64,000 bases of DNA from Gammaproteobacteria bacterium (GCA_963692955.1 OY843587.1:2342317-2406316), one strand, 5' to 3'. Shown: positions 28,500-39,251, counted from the first letter of the stretch. The notes: generated by a model from the letters alone, not told the origin. Made by a program: numbers and translations.

Positions 28500-29543
28500 A
28501 TGAGTCCTTGCAGGCGTTGGTTATTCGCAGTCATAGCGTTTTTTTTAATGCAAAGCGGATTTGCAGCGGATAATATTGTTAATATTTATACGTGGTCCGA
28601 GGAAATCCCCCGCTCTGTCATCACCCAATTCGAAAAAGAAACCGGCATTCACGTCAATTGCTCCAGCTTCGACAGCAATGAAATCATGTACGCGAAACTA
28701 CGCGCTTCAAAAAAAATCGGCTATGACTTAGTCGAGCCGTCCAGTTATTACATCGACCGCATGCGCAAATTAAACATGCTTGCTAAACTCGATAAATCTA
28801 AGCTCACGAATTTTAAAAACCTCGACCCGCAATTTTTAAACCAAGCTTATGATCCGCAAAGCACTTACAGTATTCCTTTCATCTTCGGTATCACCGGCAT
28901 TTTCGTGAATAAAGATTATTATTCGGTGTCTGCGATCACCGATTGGAAAGATTTATTCGATAAAAAATATTTAAATCAATTGATGTTCTTGGACGATGCG
29001 CGGGAAGTCTTCTCGATGGCGCTGCAAATGTTGGGTTATTCCATTAACGATAGCAATCCCGACCACATTAAACAAGCCTATTACAAATTAAGAGCGCTGA
29101 TGCCGAATGTGAAACTATTTAACAGCGACGCGACGATTTCCATTTTAATCGACGAAGACGCGACCGTGGGGATGTCTTGGAATGGCGATTTGTACAAAGC
29201 CAACCGCGAAAATAACAAACTCGCGTTCGTGTATCCGGAGCATGGTTTTGAAATTTGGGTGGATAATTTTGCCTTGTTAAATAACGCTCCGCACGCGGAC
29301 AACGCTTATAAACTTTTAGATTATTTAATGCGGCCGGAAGTCGCGAAAGCCGTCAGTCTTAATATCAATTATTCCACCGCGAACTTGGCCGCGCGTAATA
29401 TAATGCCGCCGGAAATCCGCGACAATCCCGCGCTTTATCCGCCGCCCGCTGTGATGGCGCACGGCGAATATCAAACCGATATCGGCGACGGCGCGTTCGC
29501 GTTATTCGAAAAATATTGGGAGCAGTTAAAAATTGGAGGCTAA
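28500..29543 (+). CDS. potD: periplasmic polyamine-binding protein, copy 2 (tandem paralog)
   Basis: Signal peptide MSPCRRWLFAVIAFFLMQSGFA. Colinear with copy 1 (IHVNCSSFDSNEIMYAKL...SYYIDRM...WNGD). Confidence 0.85.
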   Translation: MSPCRRWLFAVIAFFLMQSGFAADNIVNIYTWSEEIPRSVITQFEKETGIHVNCSSFDSNEIMYAKLRASKKIGYDLVEPSSYYIDRMRKLNMLAKLDKSKLTNFKNLDPQFLNQAYDPQSTYSIPFIFGITGIFVNKDYYSVSAITDWKDLFDKKYLNQLMFLDDAREVFSMALQMLGYSINDSNPDHIKQAYYKLRALMPNVKLFNSDATISILIDEDATVGMSWNGDLYKANRENNKLAFVYPEHGFEIWVDNFALLNNAPHADNAYKLLDYLMRPEVAKAVSLNINYSTANLAARNIMPPEIRDNPALYPPPAVMAHGEYQTDIGDGAFALFEKYWEQLKIGG

Positions 29544-29544
29544 C

Positions 29545-30510
29545 ATGTCACTACCTTGGCACCCCCTCAAAAGCGGCGATACCGTGCGCATCATCGCGCC
29601 CGGATCAAAATTAGAGACCGCCTGGGAAGATTTGCAAAAAGGCTGCGATTTTTTACGCTCACTCAAATTAAATCCCGTCTACTCGAAAAAAATTTTCGCG
29701 GAAACGAATGAGCCGGTCAGCTCTTATTCCAACTTCGCCAACACCGATGAAAAGCGTTACGAAGATTTCGTCGATGCGATCCACAGCGACGCGCAAGCGG
29801 TATGGTGTTTCCGCGGCGGTTATGGCAGCGATCGAGTGTGTCAGCAAGCCTTGCAAAATAATTTGCAACCGCAAAGCGCGCCGAAATTATTCGTGGGCTT
29901 TAGTGATATTACGAATTTGCATAGTTACATTAACTCACATTGGCATTGGAGCACGCTGCACGCCGCGTCAATGAATCAGTTAGGCGCGAATAAAGTCGAT
30001 CCTGAAGATGTGGAATTCACCAAAGATATTATTTTTGGCAATATTCTTGAAGTCAATTTGACGCTCACCCCCTTGAACGCCGCCGCGCTTGAGTCTAAGA
30101 CGCTGCATGGTGAAATCACCGGCGGTAATTTAACGGTCGTGCAAAGCGCACTGGCGACCGGTTGGCAATTGCAAACCGCCGGGAAGATAGTCTTGTTTGA
30201 AGATTGGGGTGAAGCGCCCTACCGCATCGCCCGCACGTTGCAACAGTTTATCAATAGCCATCAATTAGAAGATGCGTGCGCGGTGCTACTCGGTGATTTC
30301 TTTGCGGGAAAAAATGAAAATATCGGCGGCGCGACACCGGCCATGGATGACATGTTACAAGATTTCGCGACGCGAAGTCCCGTGCCAGTGTTGCGTTATA
30401 GCGGCGTTGGACATAGCGAACGTAATTTTCCTATTCCGCTAGGGACCCCAGCACGGCTTAATTTAGGGTCTATGCCGATACTGACGGTGGCGACCGGTGC
30501 TCAAGCTTAA
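29545..30510 (+). CDS. ldcA: LD-carboxypeptidase (peptidase S66, murein tetrapeptide carboxypeptidase)
   Basis: VRIIAPGS, FRGGYGS and GFSDITNLH motifs (Ser-Glu-His triad family). GGAGG RBS 5 nt before ATG 29545. Confidence 0.8.
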   Translation: MSLPWHPLKSGDTVRIIAPGSKLETAWEDLQKGCDFLRSLKLNPVYSKKIFAETNEPVSSYSNFANTDEKRYEDFVDAIHSDAQAVWCFRGGYGSDRVCQQALQNNLQPQSAPKLFVGFSDITNLHSYINSHWHWSTLHAASMNQLGANKVDPEDVEFTKDIIFGNILEVNLTLTPLNAAALESKTLHGEITGGNLTVVQSALATGWQLQTAGKIVLFEDWGEAPYRIARTLQQFINSHQLEDACAVLLGDFFAGKNENIGGATPAMDDMLQDFATRSPVPVLRYSGVGHSERNFPIPLGTPARLNLGSMPILTVATGAQA

Positions 30511-30959
30511 ATAGGATTGACCTTCATCATGATATACGGATTGTAGGCTTCAGTTTTGAAGCCATATTTTTGATAAAGCCCATGCGCGTCTTCCGTCATT
30601 AAAAACCAACGGAATATTCCCCGTAACGCCGGATGCTCTAAGACAAAACGCATCAACGCTTTGCCTAAGCCTTGCTTGCGGTGGGTTTCGTCGATGAACA
30701 CATCCCACAGCGAGGCAAATTCCGTGTAATCGGTAATGATGCGCGCGAAGCCGATTTGTTTACCTTGAAAATAAACGCTGAAACACAGTGAATTTTTAAT
30801 AATTAACGGGAAACGTTCCGGCGGCAAGCCCGTCGAGTATTGCGAGGGGACGCACAGTAAATTATAGACGTAGAGTAAATCCAATTTTTTCTTATCGGCG
30901 TAGAAACGATATTCGCCGATGGCGAACTCGGGGTTGACATTGTATGTCATAAACTTCAT
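30507..30959 (-). CDS. GNAT family N-acetyltransferase
   Basis: Acetyl-CoA motif RKQGLGKALMRFVLEH. 150 aa. Confidence 0.7.
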   Translation of the reverse strand: MKFMTYNVNPEFAIGEYRFYADKKKLDLLYVYNLLCVPSQYSTGLPPERFPLIIKNSLCFSVYFQGKQIGFARIITDYTEFASLWDVFIDETHRKQGLGKALMRFVLEHPALRGIFRWFLMTEDAHGLYQKYGFKTEAYNPYIMMKVNPI

Positions 30960-31024
30960 CTTCTTCGCTATGATTTTGAGTTATTATAACTCGCCCAAGG
31001 CATTCCCGCTACATCACCTCACTC

Positions 31025-32977
31025 TCAAAGCGGCGTGGGGGCGCGTGGTTGATCTTCTGAACCATCCAGTGTTTGGTCATCCGCAGTAGACTCAATAACC
31101 TTTCCTCTAGTAGCCGTAGCCGGACTAAATAATCCAAACGGATTATTTGTCGCCGCGCCTAAAAAAGTTTGAAACTGCCCTGGGGTTAGGGTTAATTGCG
31201 CGTTTTGTAAAGCACCCGCTAGAATTCTTGCTTGCTCCAGCTGCTGTAAAGACGGATATTTCTGGTATAGCTGTCCCATTTTTTCCAGCGCATCATACTT
31301 CGCTTGCGTAGCGATCCTTAAAGCTTTGGCTTCTTCAATCGCCACTTCGGTTTTGTTCTTGGCTTCTTTTAACTTAACCGCATTTTCTTGATCTATCCTA
31401 ATCGATGCCACTTGCGCTTCACGCTGTGCTTCATTTCTGGCGATAACCAATTCTTGGCCGAGGACAGATTGTCTGGCGTTTGCCTCCGCCGTGGTTAAGG
31501 ATTGCTGCCCCATTTGTTCGGCGATTTTTTTGTCGATGATAGTGGGCAATTCCACGTTGACGCGGATCAAATGAATGCCGACTTGTCTCAAATCAGAAGA
31601 TAATGACTTCATGACTTCATCTTGCAAACTTTGCATAATTGGCGCTGATGGTTGAATCACATCTTTCACTTCTTCTTTAGAATCGGCGGATTCTTGCTGC
31701 CTAATGCTGCCGGAAGATGCTAAGAAATCGCCGGAGGTATGGCCTTGAATTGCTTTCCCCATATCAACAACGGCGGTATTTTCAATATGCCGCACAATCA
31801 TGTCAAAACTAAAGTTTTGTAGCACTTTGTCGGGATCGGCGATCTCATAAATCACCAGAATTTTAATACCTATTTCTAAAGAATCGCTCGTGCGGAAAAT
31901 TTCTAAGTTAGTTTCTAAATCACTACGTTTTTCCAGTGCGCGTTCTTTTTTTGTCTCTTCGGTAGGTAAAAGTAATGTTTGTCTATTGGTGAAGAGAAAA
32001 CCTATGACTTCATGGGTGGGTGATTTGATGATGGTCGGTGTACCGGATGGTTTTATCGTTTCTAACTTGCCGCCGTTGTTAGTAATCGCCACTTCACCAT
32101 TGCCAGGCATGACGCGTTTAATAGATTTATGAATGATTAAATTTTTGGTCGCCGGTTCATAGCCATCGAATTTGAAATTAGGCGTTACAAATACGTAGGG
32201 TTCTTCATTTGGCTCGAGTAACAGCGGCACGGAATTCACCGTCACTTTAGCGATATCACCAAACTTTACGCGCAAAATATGAATCGTGTTATGCGCGATA
32301 TAATCTTTGTTTTGATCGACAAAACCGGTGCTTTTATCAAATTTAAAATTGGGATCATGGATGACATGCACGCCTTCATCTAGGATAACCGGTTTATTGT
32401 ATTGGGTAGCAAGCGCATATTTCCCATTCGGAACATTCAACACATGCGTGCCGGCTTCACCAAAATAATTATCACTCAGCTTATGTTTATTTTGTCTCAC
32501 CAACGAAACCGTTGGATTCATATTGATGGCTAACGCGACCATTTGCCGGTTATAAGTTGCAAGGTAGGCTTTTGAATTTCTCACCGCTAATAAAAATTCA
32601 TCTTGCGCCACCCGTTCACCGCGAATATCTGACAACACAAATACTTTTTCTAGCTGTTGTTTAGAATAATATTTATTAAATTCATTGACGATGAGTTGGG
32701 CGAAATCATGGGGATTATCACTGTAAAGTTTGGATTTTATGATTAAGTCTTGCAAAGAGCTGACGTGCGGCAAAGGTTTCACTTCCAGACTGGGTTTTGA
32801 ATTTAAAACACCAAGCTTATCGATTGGCAGAGGTTGATAAGAGGTCGGAGTTGTAGGATCATCAATTTGCGTTTCACCTGTGGAAGATAAGGATATATCA
32901 CTAGCGCTAGCACTAGATGAAGAAGTGGAAGTTAAGGGCGATCTTTTCGATGAGGCTAATTCGGTGTTAGAAAGCAT
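31025..32977 (-). CDS. SPFH (band-7 / flotillin-like) domain protein with Ser-rich N-terminus and acidic C-terminal tail
   Basis: The C-terminal third matches the SPFH/prohibitin fold (IKILVIYEIADPDKVLQNFS...LIRVNVELP...AIEEAKALRIATQAKYDALEKMGQ coiled coil). The N-terminal 40 aa are S/T-rich. The protein ends ESTADDQTLDGSEDQPRAPTPL. GGAG RBS. Confidence 0.55.
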   Translation of the reverse strand: MLSNTELASSKRSPLTSTSSSSASASDISLSSTGETQIDDPTTPTSYQPLPIDKLGVLNSKPSLEVKPLPHVSSLQDLIIKSKLYSDNPHDFAQLIVNEFNKYYSKQQLEKVFVLSDIRGERVAQDEFLLAVRNSKAYLATYNRQMVALAINMNPTVSLVRQNKHKLSDNYFGEAGTHVLNVPNGKYALATQYNKPVILDEGVHVIHDPNFKFDKSTGFVDQNKDYIAHNTIHILRVKFGDIAKVTVNSVPLLLEPNEEPYVFVTPNFKFDGYEPATKNLIIHKSIKRVMPGNGEVAITNNGGKLETIKPSGTPTIIKSPTHEVIGFLFTNRQTLLLPTEETKKERALEKRSDLETNLEIFRTSDSLEIGIKILVIYEIADPDKVLQNFSFDMIVRHIENTAVVDMGKAIQGHTSGDFLASSGSIRQQESADSKEEVKDVIQPSAPIMQSLQDEVMKSLSSDLRQVGIHLIRVNVELPTIIDKKIAEQMGQQSLTTAEANARQSVLGQELVIARNEAQREAQVASIRIDQENAVKLKEAKNKTEVAIEEAKALRIATQAKYDALEKMGQLYQKYPSLQQLEQARILAGALQNAQLTLTPGQFQTFLGAATNNPFGLFSPATATRGKVIESTADDQTLDGSEDQPRAPTPL

Positions 32978-33171
32978 AACATGACTCCGCTAAATAAATT
33001 CACACCAGGGTAGCATGGCGTAAAAATTGTATCAATAAAGACATTTTTGCTTAATACCTTCACATTTTAAGACTTTTTTAAGGTAACTATGTTATTTACA
33101 CTTTCTACTTTCATGCCTTTCTCCCAAAGCCTATAATCAAACATCATTCTTTTTTTTCAGGAACAACCTAT

Positions 33172-34038
33172 ATGCAACGAATTGGTTTCATTGGCTTAGG
33201 CATTATGGGTAAACCGATGGCGTTAAATTTAATTAACGCGGGTTACGCCGTTTCTGTTTACGCGCGCCGGCCCGAAGCGGCGACGCCATTAATCAAAGCA
33301 AAAGCGGTCGCGTATTTGACGCTAAAAGATTTAGTGGAAAATGTCGATGTGATTATCACTATCGTGCCGGCGACAGCCGATGTCGAAGAAATTTTAATCG
33401 GCAAAAACGGCGTTATCACTTGCGCCCGGCCCGGTCAGATCGTGATAGACATGAGTACCATCGCCGCTGGCGCGACGCAACGCATCGCGCAGCAACTCGA
33501 ATCCAAACGTATCGATATGTTAGACGCGCCCGTGTCCGGTGGTGAAGCGGGCGCGATGGATGCGTCGCTTTCTATTATGGTCGGCGGTAAAGCCTCGGTC
33601 TTGAAAAAAGTTTCCGGCATTTTAAAAACCTTAGGCAAAAAAATTATTCACGTCGGCGAACAACATGGCGCGGGACAAATCGCCAAAGCGTGTAATCAAA
33701 TTATTATCGCGGAAACTATCGTCGCCGTTAGTGAAGCACTGCGTTTAGCGAAAGCGTCGGGGGTAGATCCCGCTAAAGTGCGCGACGCGTTACTCGGCGG
33801 TTTCGCGAATAGCCGCGTGTTGGAAGTGCATGGCAAGCGCATGTTAGAAGGCGATTACAAACCCGGCTTCAAAGCGAATTTACACCGCAAAGATATGCAC
33901 CTCGCGCTCGAGCAAGCGCACTTAGCCAATTTAGTCTTACCCGCGGCGAATTACGCGACGCGCTGCATTGACCGGTTAGTCATGAAAGGCCACACCGAAT
34001 TAGATTCTTCCGCCTTGCATTTAGTCGCCGAGGATTAA
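33172..34038 (+). CDS. NAD(P)-dependent 3-hydroxyisobutyrate / tartronate-semialdehyde reductase family dehydrogenase
   Basis: Rossmann motif GFIGLGIMGKPMALNL and the 6-PGDH-like C-terminal domain. Confidence 0.75.
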   Translation: MQRIGFIGLGIMGKPMALNLINAGYAVSVYARRPEAATPLIKAKAVAYLTLKDLVENVDVIITIVPATADVEEILIGKNGVITCARPGQIVIDMSTIAAGATQRIAQQLESKRIDMLDAPVSGGEAGAMDASLSIMVGGKASVLKKVSGILKTLGKKIIHVGEQHGAGQIAKACNQIIIAETIVAVSEALRLAKASGVDPAKVRDALLGGFANSRVLEVHGKRMLEGDYKPGFKANLHRKDMHLALEQAHLANLVLPAANYATRCIDRLVMKGHTELDSSALHLVAED

Positions 34039-34039
34039 G

Positions 34040-35428
34040 ATGGCGAAGAGTAAAAACGTGCATAGCTGCCAAACCTGCGGCGCGCAATATCCAAAATGGT
34101 CAGGACAATGCACTAGCTGCGGCGAATGGAACACCTTAGTCGAAGAAGTCATCAACGTCACTGAGACGAGCGGACGTTTCAAAGGTTACGCGGGCGGTGT
34201 GCCGGAAATTACGAATATCGCCGAAGTCTCGCTGCAAGACGTCGAACGCACCCCGTCGGGTTTAAAAGAATTAGACCGCGTGTTAGGCGGCGGCCTCATC
34301 ATCGGCTCCGCGGTCTTGATCGGCGGCGATCCTGGCATCGGTAAGTCTACTCTTTTATTGCAAGCGGTCTGTAATCTCAGTCAACACATGAAAGTGTTAT
34401 ACGTCACCGGCGAAGAATCGCTGACGCAAGTCGCGATGCGCGCGCGCCGTTTAGGTTTACCTGAAAAAAATTTACTCTTGTTGGCCGACACGCAAATCGA
34501 AAGAATTTTAAAAATCGCGCAGCATGAACAGCCGCGCGTGTTAGTCGTGGATTCGATTCAAACAATGCATACCGATATTTTACAATCCGCGCCCGGCTCG
34601 GTCGGTCAAGTGCGGGAAAGCGCCGCGCAATTAGTCGCGTTCGCGAAACAATCGGCGACGACCTTATTTTTAGTCGGCCACGTCACCAAAGAAGGCACGC
34701 TCGCGGGGCCACGCGTGTTGGAACATATGGTCGACACCGTTCTTTATTTTGAAGGCGAGCAAGACAGCCGTTACCGCGTCATCCGCGCGGTAAAAAACCG
34801 TTTCGGCGCGGTGAATGAGTTAGGTATTTTCGCGATGACGGATAAGGGCTTGCGTGAAGTTAGCAATCCTTCCGCGATTTTTTTGTCGCGTTATGAAAAG
34901 CCGGTGTCCGGCAGCGTCATCATGGCGACGCAAGAAGGCACGCGGCCGTTGCTTGTGGAAATTCAAGCGCTCGTCGATAGTAGTCACATGGCAAACCCGC
35001 GCCGTGTTTGCGTCGGGTTAGAAGCGCCGCGCTTAGTGATGTTGCTCGCGGTGCTGCACCGGCACGCGGGCATTACGACGTTTGATCAAGACGTCTTTGT
35101 CAACGCGGTCGGTGGCGTGCGTATCACGGAAACCGGCGCTGACTTAGCGTTATTATTAGCGGTGTTATCCAGTATGCGCAATCAACCGCTGCCGCATGAC
35201 GTGTTAGTATTTGGCGAAGTCGGTTTGGCCGGCGAAATCCGCCCCGTGCAAGCAGGACAAGAACGCTTGCGCGAAGCGGCTAAGCACGGTTTCAAACGGG
35301 CGATCGTGCCGGCGGGTAACGCGCCTAAAAACCAAATTGGCGAGTTAGAAGTAAGCGCCGCACAAACCTTGCAAGAAGCGGTAGAATTCTATAAAAATTT
35401 TGCTAGCCATTTACCCGCCATGGTTTAA
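34040..35428 (+). CDS. radA: DNA repair protein RadA/Sms
   Basis: C4 zinc finger CQTCGAQYPKWSGQCTSCGEWNT, Walker A GGDPGIGKST, KNRFG motif, Lon-like C-terminal domain. Confidence 0.9.
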   Translation: MAKSKNVHSCQTCGAQYPKWSGQCTSCGEWNTLVEEVINVTETSGRFKGYAGGVPEITNIAEVSLQDVERTPSGLKELDRVLGGGLIIGSAVLIGGDPGIGKSTLLLQAVCNLSQHMKVLYVTGEESLTQVAMRARRLGLPEKNLLLLADTQIERILKIAQHEQPRVLVVDSIQTMHTDILQSAPGSVGQVRESAAQLVAFAKQSATTLFLVGHVTKEGTLAGPRVLEHMVDTVLYFEGEQDSRYRVIRAVKNRFGAVNELGIFAMTDKGLREVSNPSAIFLSRYEKPVSGSVIMATQEGTRPLLVEIQALVDSSHMANPRRVCVGLEAPRLVMLLAVLHRHAGITTFDQDVFVNAVGGVRITETGADLALLLAVLSSMRNQPLPHDVLVFGEVGLAGEIRPVQAGQERLREAAKHGFKRAIVPAGNAPKNQIGELEVSAAQTLQEAVEFYKNFASHLPAMV

Positions 35429-35889
35429 ACCGCCCTTCTGCCCATGCCACGCACGACGTGTGCTTCTTGACCCATTATCAGATGTTCATCACTAGCTTGA
35501 TGACGGGCACGAAATACCGCTGCGCTGGAAGGAGAATAATGAGAAATAGAACGGTTCACCGGTATCAACGCCGCGGCTTGCGGGCTGGCTGGCGGGGAGT
35601 CAAGCTCCACCGGCTTTGGTTTCATAGCGGCAAATAAATCTTTCGACTCTGCATCGAAAAACGCCTCATAACTACCCATACGTTTGATAAATTGCTTCGC
35701 GGTAAATTTTTTTTCGCAGATTGTCAACTCGCCTTTTTCATTGGTGAATTGCGCCGAATAGAGCGGCTTTTCTCTGCTAGTGTCATCTTGCAAAATTTTC
35801 ACTGACCGCAGCTTGCGTGCTTGTCTTACTTCTCTTTCGGTTGGCTGTCTGCCTTCTCGCATGCTTCTAATATTCATGACGGACCTCAC
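35425..35889 (-). CDS. hypothetical protein (154 aa)
   Basis: ORF with coding-like composition and no recognisable motif. Confidence 0.45.
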   Translation of the reverse strand: MRSVMNIRSMREGRQPTEREVRQARKLRSVKILQDDTSREKPLYSAQFTNEKGELTICEKKFTAKQFIKRMGSYEAFFDAESKDLFAAMKPKPVELDSPPASPQAAALIPVNRSISHYSPSSAAVFRARHQASDEHLIMGQEAHVVRGMGRRAV

Positions 35890-35968
35890 CTGTTTAATAA
35901 AAATATTTTTGTTTTCAAAAATACTTTATTCATTATTAGAGAAAATGTCTATCATGATTTTTTAGTTT

Positions 35969-38098
35969 TTAAAAAGCGGACAACTCATCACCGTAAAAAG
36001 CGGTTAATTTTCTCGTGAGTTGAGCGACCGGCGCAGTCTGTGCAAAAGAAGAATGTAAGTCTGCCGTCCAAAGACCGGTTTTTAGATTGACTAAGATGGC
36101 TAGTGGCGGAGAAATATAAGGTTGATAGATATTTTTTTCGTAATTGACATGGTAGCGGACTGTCGCCGGCATATCGGCTAGCAACCAATCGCCTTGCACA
36201 ATGGCTTTTTGATCAAGGTTGACGAGTTCTTTAATGCTTTTGTCTTTCAGGACGACTTCGCCGTCTTTATTAATTGAATAATTGTTCGCGGCTTTCTTAA
36301 TAACTTCCAGCTGCGAAACATGCATGCCTTCGATCTCCGGCATGGTGTCCGATGACTCAAGATAAACTTCACGCGCGGGTGAAATATCTTTGCCGGTAGC
36401 AAGCAGATAAGGTTTCAAAGACATGCCATCGTGCAATGTGAGCGGCTGCATAGCTAAAAGATCGAGAAGACTAGGCGCGATATCTACTAAAGACACGCGG
36501 CCATGCACGATGTGCGGCGGCTCTAGCGGCAATGTTCCATACGTTTTAAAAGCTAATAAAGAATTGTAGGCTATGCCTAAAACGTCGCTGCCATAGCCAT
36601 AATCCGTATTCACGCCGCGTTCAATAAATTTACCTTGAGCGTCCTGCGTGGGCACGCTAAAAACTTCTTTTGATAGTTTGATTGCGGTTTTATCGCCTTG
36701 CAGTAAATCCGGGTTGGTTATACGATCGCCCGGTAATCCTAAGCCAGTGCCATGGTCTGACAGCAACACGACGACGGCGTGATCTAATAAATGGTTCGCC
36801 TGTAATGAGATTAAAAAACTTTTCAATTGACTATCCAACGCAGTCACGCTAGCCGCGTACATCGACGGCGGCTTGGTACTCGTAGTTTTTTGCCGAGCGG
36901 CTAAATAAGGCCATGCGGCACGGTTTAAATGTACGGCAATGAAGGCTGGCTTAGCGCTACGATGATGCAGCGCGACGTTAATGAGATGCAGAAAGTTAGC
37001 GGGGAAATACGTCTGCGTATTAGTGTGACAGGCATAGTTATAAGGAAATAAGTAGCGCCCAAACGGACTGATGGAAACAAAATTAGATAAGGGAAAATCA
37101 TTGATTAATCCCACATAGGTACCTACGCCACGCGCTGGCCCCGCAATAACTTCGAAATCAAAATTTTGCGTGACGGGACTAAACATCGTATCGTCTGAAG
37201 CATAAATGGTTTCATAACCCCGGCCGGAAAATATTTTCGCTAGCGATTGGTGGGGTTTGATATTTTTATAAGCCACCAAGTTCGCTCTAGCATTGGTATT
37301 CTTAGGATAACGACCAGTCAAGATGCTCACCCACGCGGGAAATGTGCGTGCTAAAGGCGTGCGCGTATCCGCGAACACCACGCTGCTTTGTAAAAAATTG
37401 TTTATCGTCGGCGTCTTAACGCCATAACGTTTATTGTTAGCCACCACATCTGGGCGCAGCGCGTCCAGGCCGATGACAATGACATTGGGTTTATCAGCGG
37501 TGGCATAGGCCATGGGCACGGGGGTTGCTTCGTAATAATCAACCGCGTAGATAAGCGCGACCCACACTAAAAAAGCTAAGGCACTCCCATGCAAAACAAG
37601 ATTTTTTTTACGGAGCAGACTGCTGAATAAATTTAATAACGTTAAACTAACGGCTAGCGCTAACAACGAGCCACTCATCACTAAAATATAAACTAGAAAA
37701 GCTTGGTTTAACCACGTGATAAAAACTAATTTTGAAAAGTTAGAATTGGGGAAAAAATAACAATTTGCCAACAATAAAACGAATGTATTAAGCACCCACA
37801 GGCATCTGCCTAAGATGGGCAGCTTGGCACCGCGCCACTGCAATAATTCAGCTATCGAAATAGTTTGATACCCTATGCTCAGGAAAAAAATCACATTGAT
37901 TATCAAATGGGCGGTGAAGTGAAGACCCAAAGTAGAAAATAAATCATTGAAATAATAAGCTGTCTCATTTTTCTTAAACATCATGCTTATGTAACCCATA
38001 TCGGTCACGATAAAAAAACAGAGTTGGGCAAAGATGAACAAAAACGTCAGCAACAATAGACTATGGAGCAAGGCTTTTTTAGCTTGTGTATCCGTCAC
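35969..38098 (-). CDS. membrane-anchored alkaline-phosphatase-superfamily enzyme (sulfatase / phosphoethanolamine-transferase-like)
   Basis: About 5 N-terminal TM helices, then NVIVIGLDALRPD and VVLLSDHG metal-site motifs of the AP superfamily. Confidence 0.6.
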   Translation of the reverse strand: MTDTQAKKALLHSLLLLTFLFIFAQLCFFIVTDMGYISMMFKKNETAYYFNDLFSTLGLHFTAHLIINVIFFLSIGYQTISIAELLQWRGAKLPILGRCLWVLNTFVLLLANCYFFPNSNFSKLVFITWLNQAFLVYILVMSGSLLALAVSLTLLNLFSSLLRKKNLVLHGSALAFLVWVALIYAVDYYEATPVPMAYATADKPNVIVIGLDALRPDVVANNKRYGVKTPTINNFLQSSVVFADTRTPLARTFPAWVSILTGRYPKNTNARANLVAYKNIKPHQSLAKIFSGRGYETIYASDDTMFSPVTQNFDFEVIAGPARGVGTYVGLINDFPLSNFVSISPFGRYLFPYNYACHTNTQTYFPANFLHLINVALHHRSAKPAFIAVHLNRAAWPYLAARQKTTSTKPPSMYAASVTALDSQLKSFLISLQANHLLDHAVVVLLSDHGTGLGLPGDRITNPDLLQGDKTAIKLSKEVFSVPTQDAQGKFIERGVNTDYGYGSDVLGIAYNSLLAFKTYGTLPLEPPHIVHGRVSLVDIAPSLLDLLAMQPLTLHDGMSLKPYLLATGKDISPAREVYLESSDTMPEIEGMHVSQLEVIKKAANNYSINKDGEVVLKDKSIKELVNLDQKAIVQGDWLLADMPATVRYHVNYEKNIYQPYISPPLAILVNLKTGLWTADLHSSFAQTAPVAQLTRKLTAFYGDELSAF

Positions 38099-38111
38099 GG
38101 AGTGTCCTTGA

Positions 38112-39251
38112 TTAATTTGTTACTTCGCTAAATTCAATCGGCGCCGCGGAGCTCAGCTCAGTTTGTTCTTCATAGTTCATGACGACACGCACACGTTGCG
38201 TAATGCGGGTCAGTAATTCATAAGCGGTGGTTTCACTGTATTCGGCGACGACTTCCACCGGCAAACCTGGGCCCCACAGCATGACGGGGTCACCGACTTT
38301 CGCATCTGGCTGTGTGCGCAAGTCAACGGTTAACATATCCATCGCGACGCGTCCGACGAGTGGACACGGCCGGCCATTGACTAACACCGGCGCGCCACTT
38401 TTGACATGCCAAGGATAGCCATCGCCGTAACCGATGGCAACGACACCCACGGCCATGTCTTCCGGACACGACCACACGCCGCCGTAACCGACGCGTTCAT
38501 TTTTCGCTAACTGATGGATCGCGATTAATTCAGACGATAATTTCATGACCGGCCGTAAATTATGTTCGACGCCGCGGCGGCCGTGTATGGGGGATGCGCC
38601 ATATAATAATATGCCTGGGCGCACCCAATCGGCGTGCGCCGTTGGCCACGCGATGATAGCGGCGGAATTCGATAAACTGCGCTGGCCTTCCATCTTCGCC
38701 GTGATCGCGTCGAATAATTCGATTTGTTGCAGCGTGTGGCCGCGCTCGATCGCGTCGGCTTCCGCGAAATGCGTCATCAAGCCGATGGGTTTTTTTACCG
38801 CCGCGCAACGCTGTAAACGCGCGTAAACGGACGGCACTTCGCTAGGTTGAAAACCTAACCGGTGCATGCCGGTATCGATTTTCAGCCAAACGGAAAACGG
38901 ATTGGTCACTTTAAAATATTTTTCTAACATGTCTACTTGATTGACTTGATGCACTATCAAGGTGAAATCGTATTCGGCGGCGAGTCCAATTTCCACCGGC
39001 GAAAATAAGCCTTCCATTAAGCAAATAGGATTTTGCACGCCCGCTTGCCGCAATTGCAAACCTTCTTCCAATGAAGCAACGCCTAACGCGTCAACGTCCG
39101 GTAACGCGAGCGCGATGCGTTCGATGCCGTGGCCATAGCCGTTGGATTTTACCATCGCCAAGATACGCGAATTGGGCGCGAACTTTTTCACTTGCGCCAA
39201 GTTGTGGCGGAGTGCGGAGATATCTATGGTAATTTGCGCAGGTCGGCTCAT
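38112..39251 (-). CDS. alr: alanine racemase
   Basis: PLP-lysine motif AMVKSNGYGHG. 379 aa. Conserved position downstream of dnaB. Confidence 0.85.
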   Translation of the reverse strand: MSRPAQITIDISALRHNLAQVKKFAPNSRILAMVKSNGYGHGIERIALALPDVDALGVASLEEGLQLRQAGVQNPICLMEGLFSPVEIGLAAEYDFTLIVHQVNQVDMLEKYFKVTNPFSVWLKIDTGMHRLGFQPSEVPSVYARLQRCAAVKKPIGLMTHFAEADAIERGHTLQQIELFDAITAKMEGQRSLSNSAAIIAWPTAHADWVRPGILLYGASPIHGRRGVEHNLRPVMKLSSELIAIHQLAKNERVGYGGVWSCPEDMAVGVVAIGYGDGYPWHVKSGAPVLVNGRPCPLVGRVAMDMLTVDLRTQPDAKVGDPVMLWGPGLPVEVVAEYSETTAYELLTRITQRVRVVMNYEEQTELSSAAPIEFSEVTN

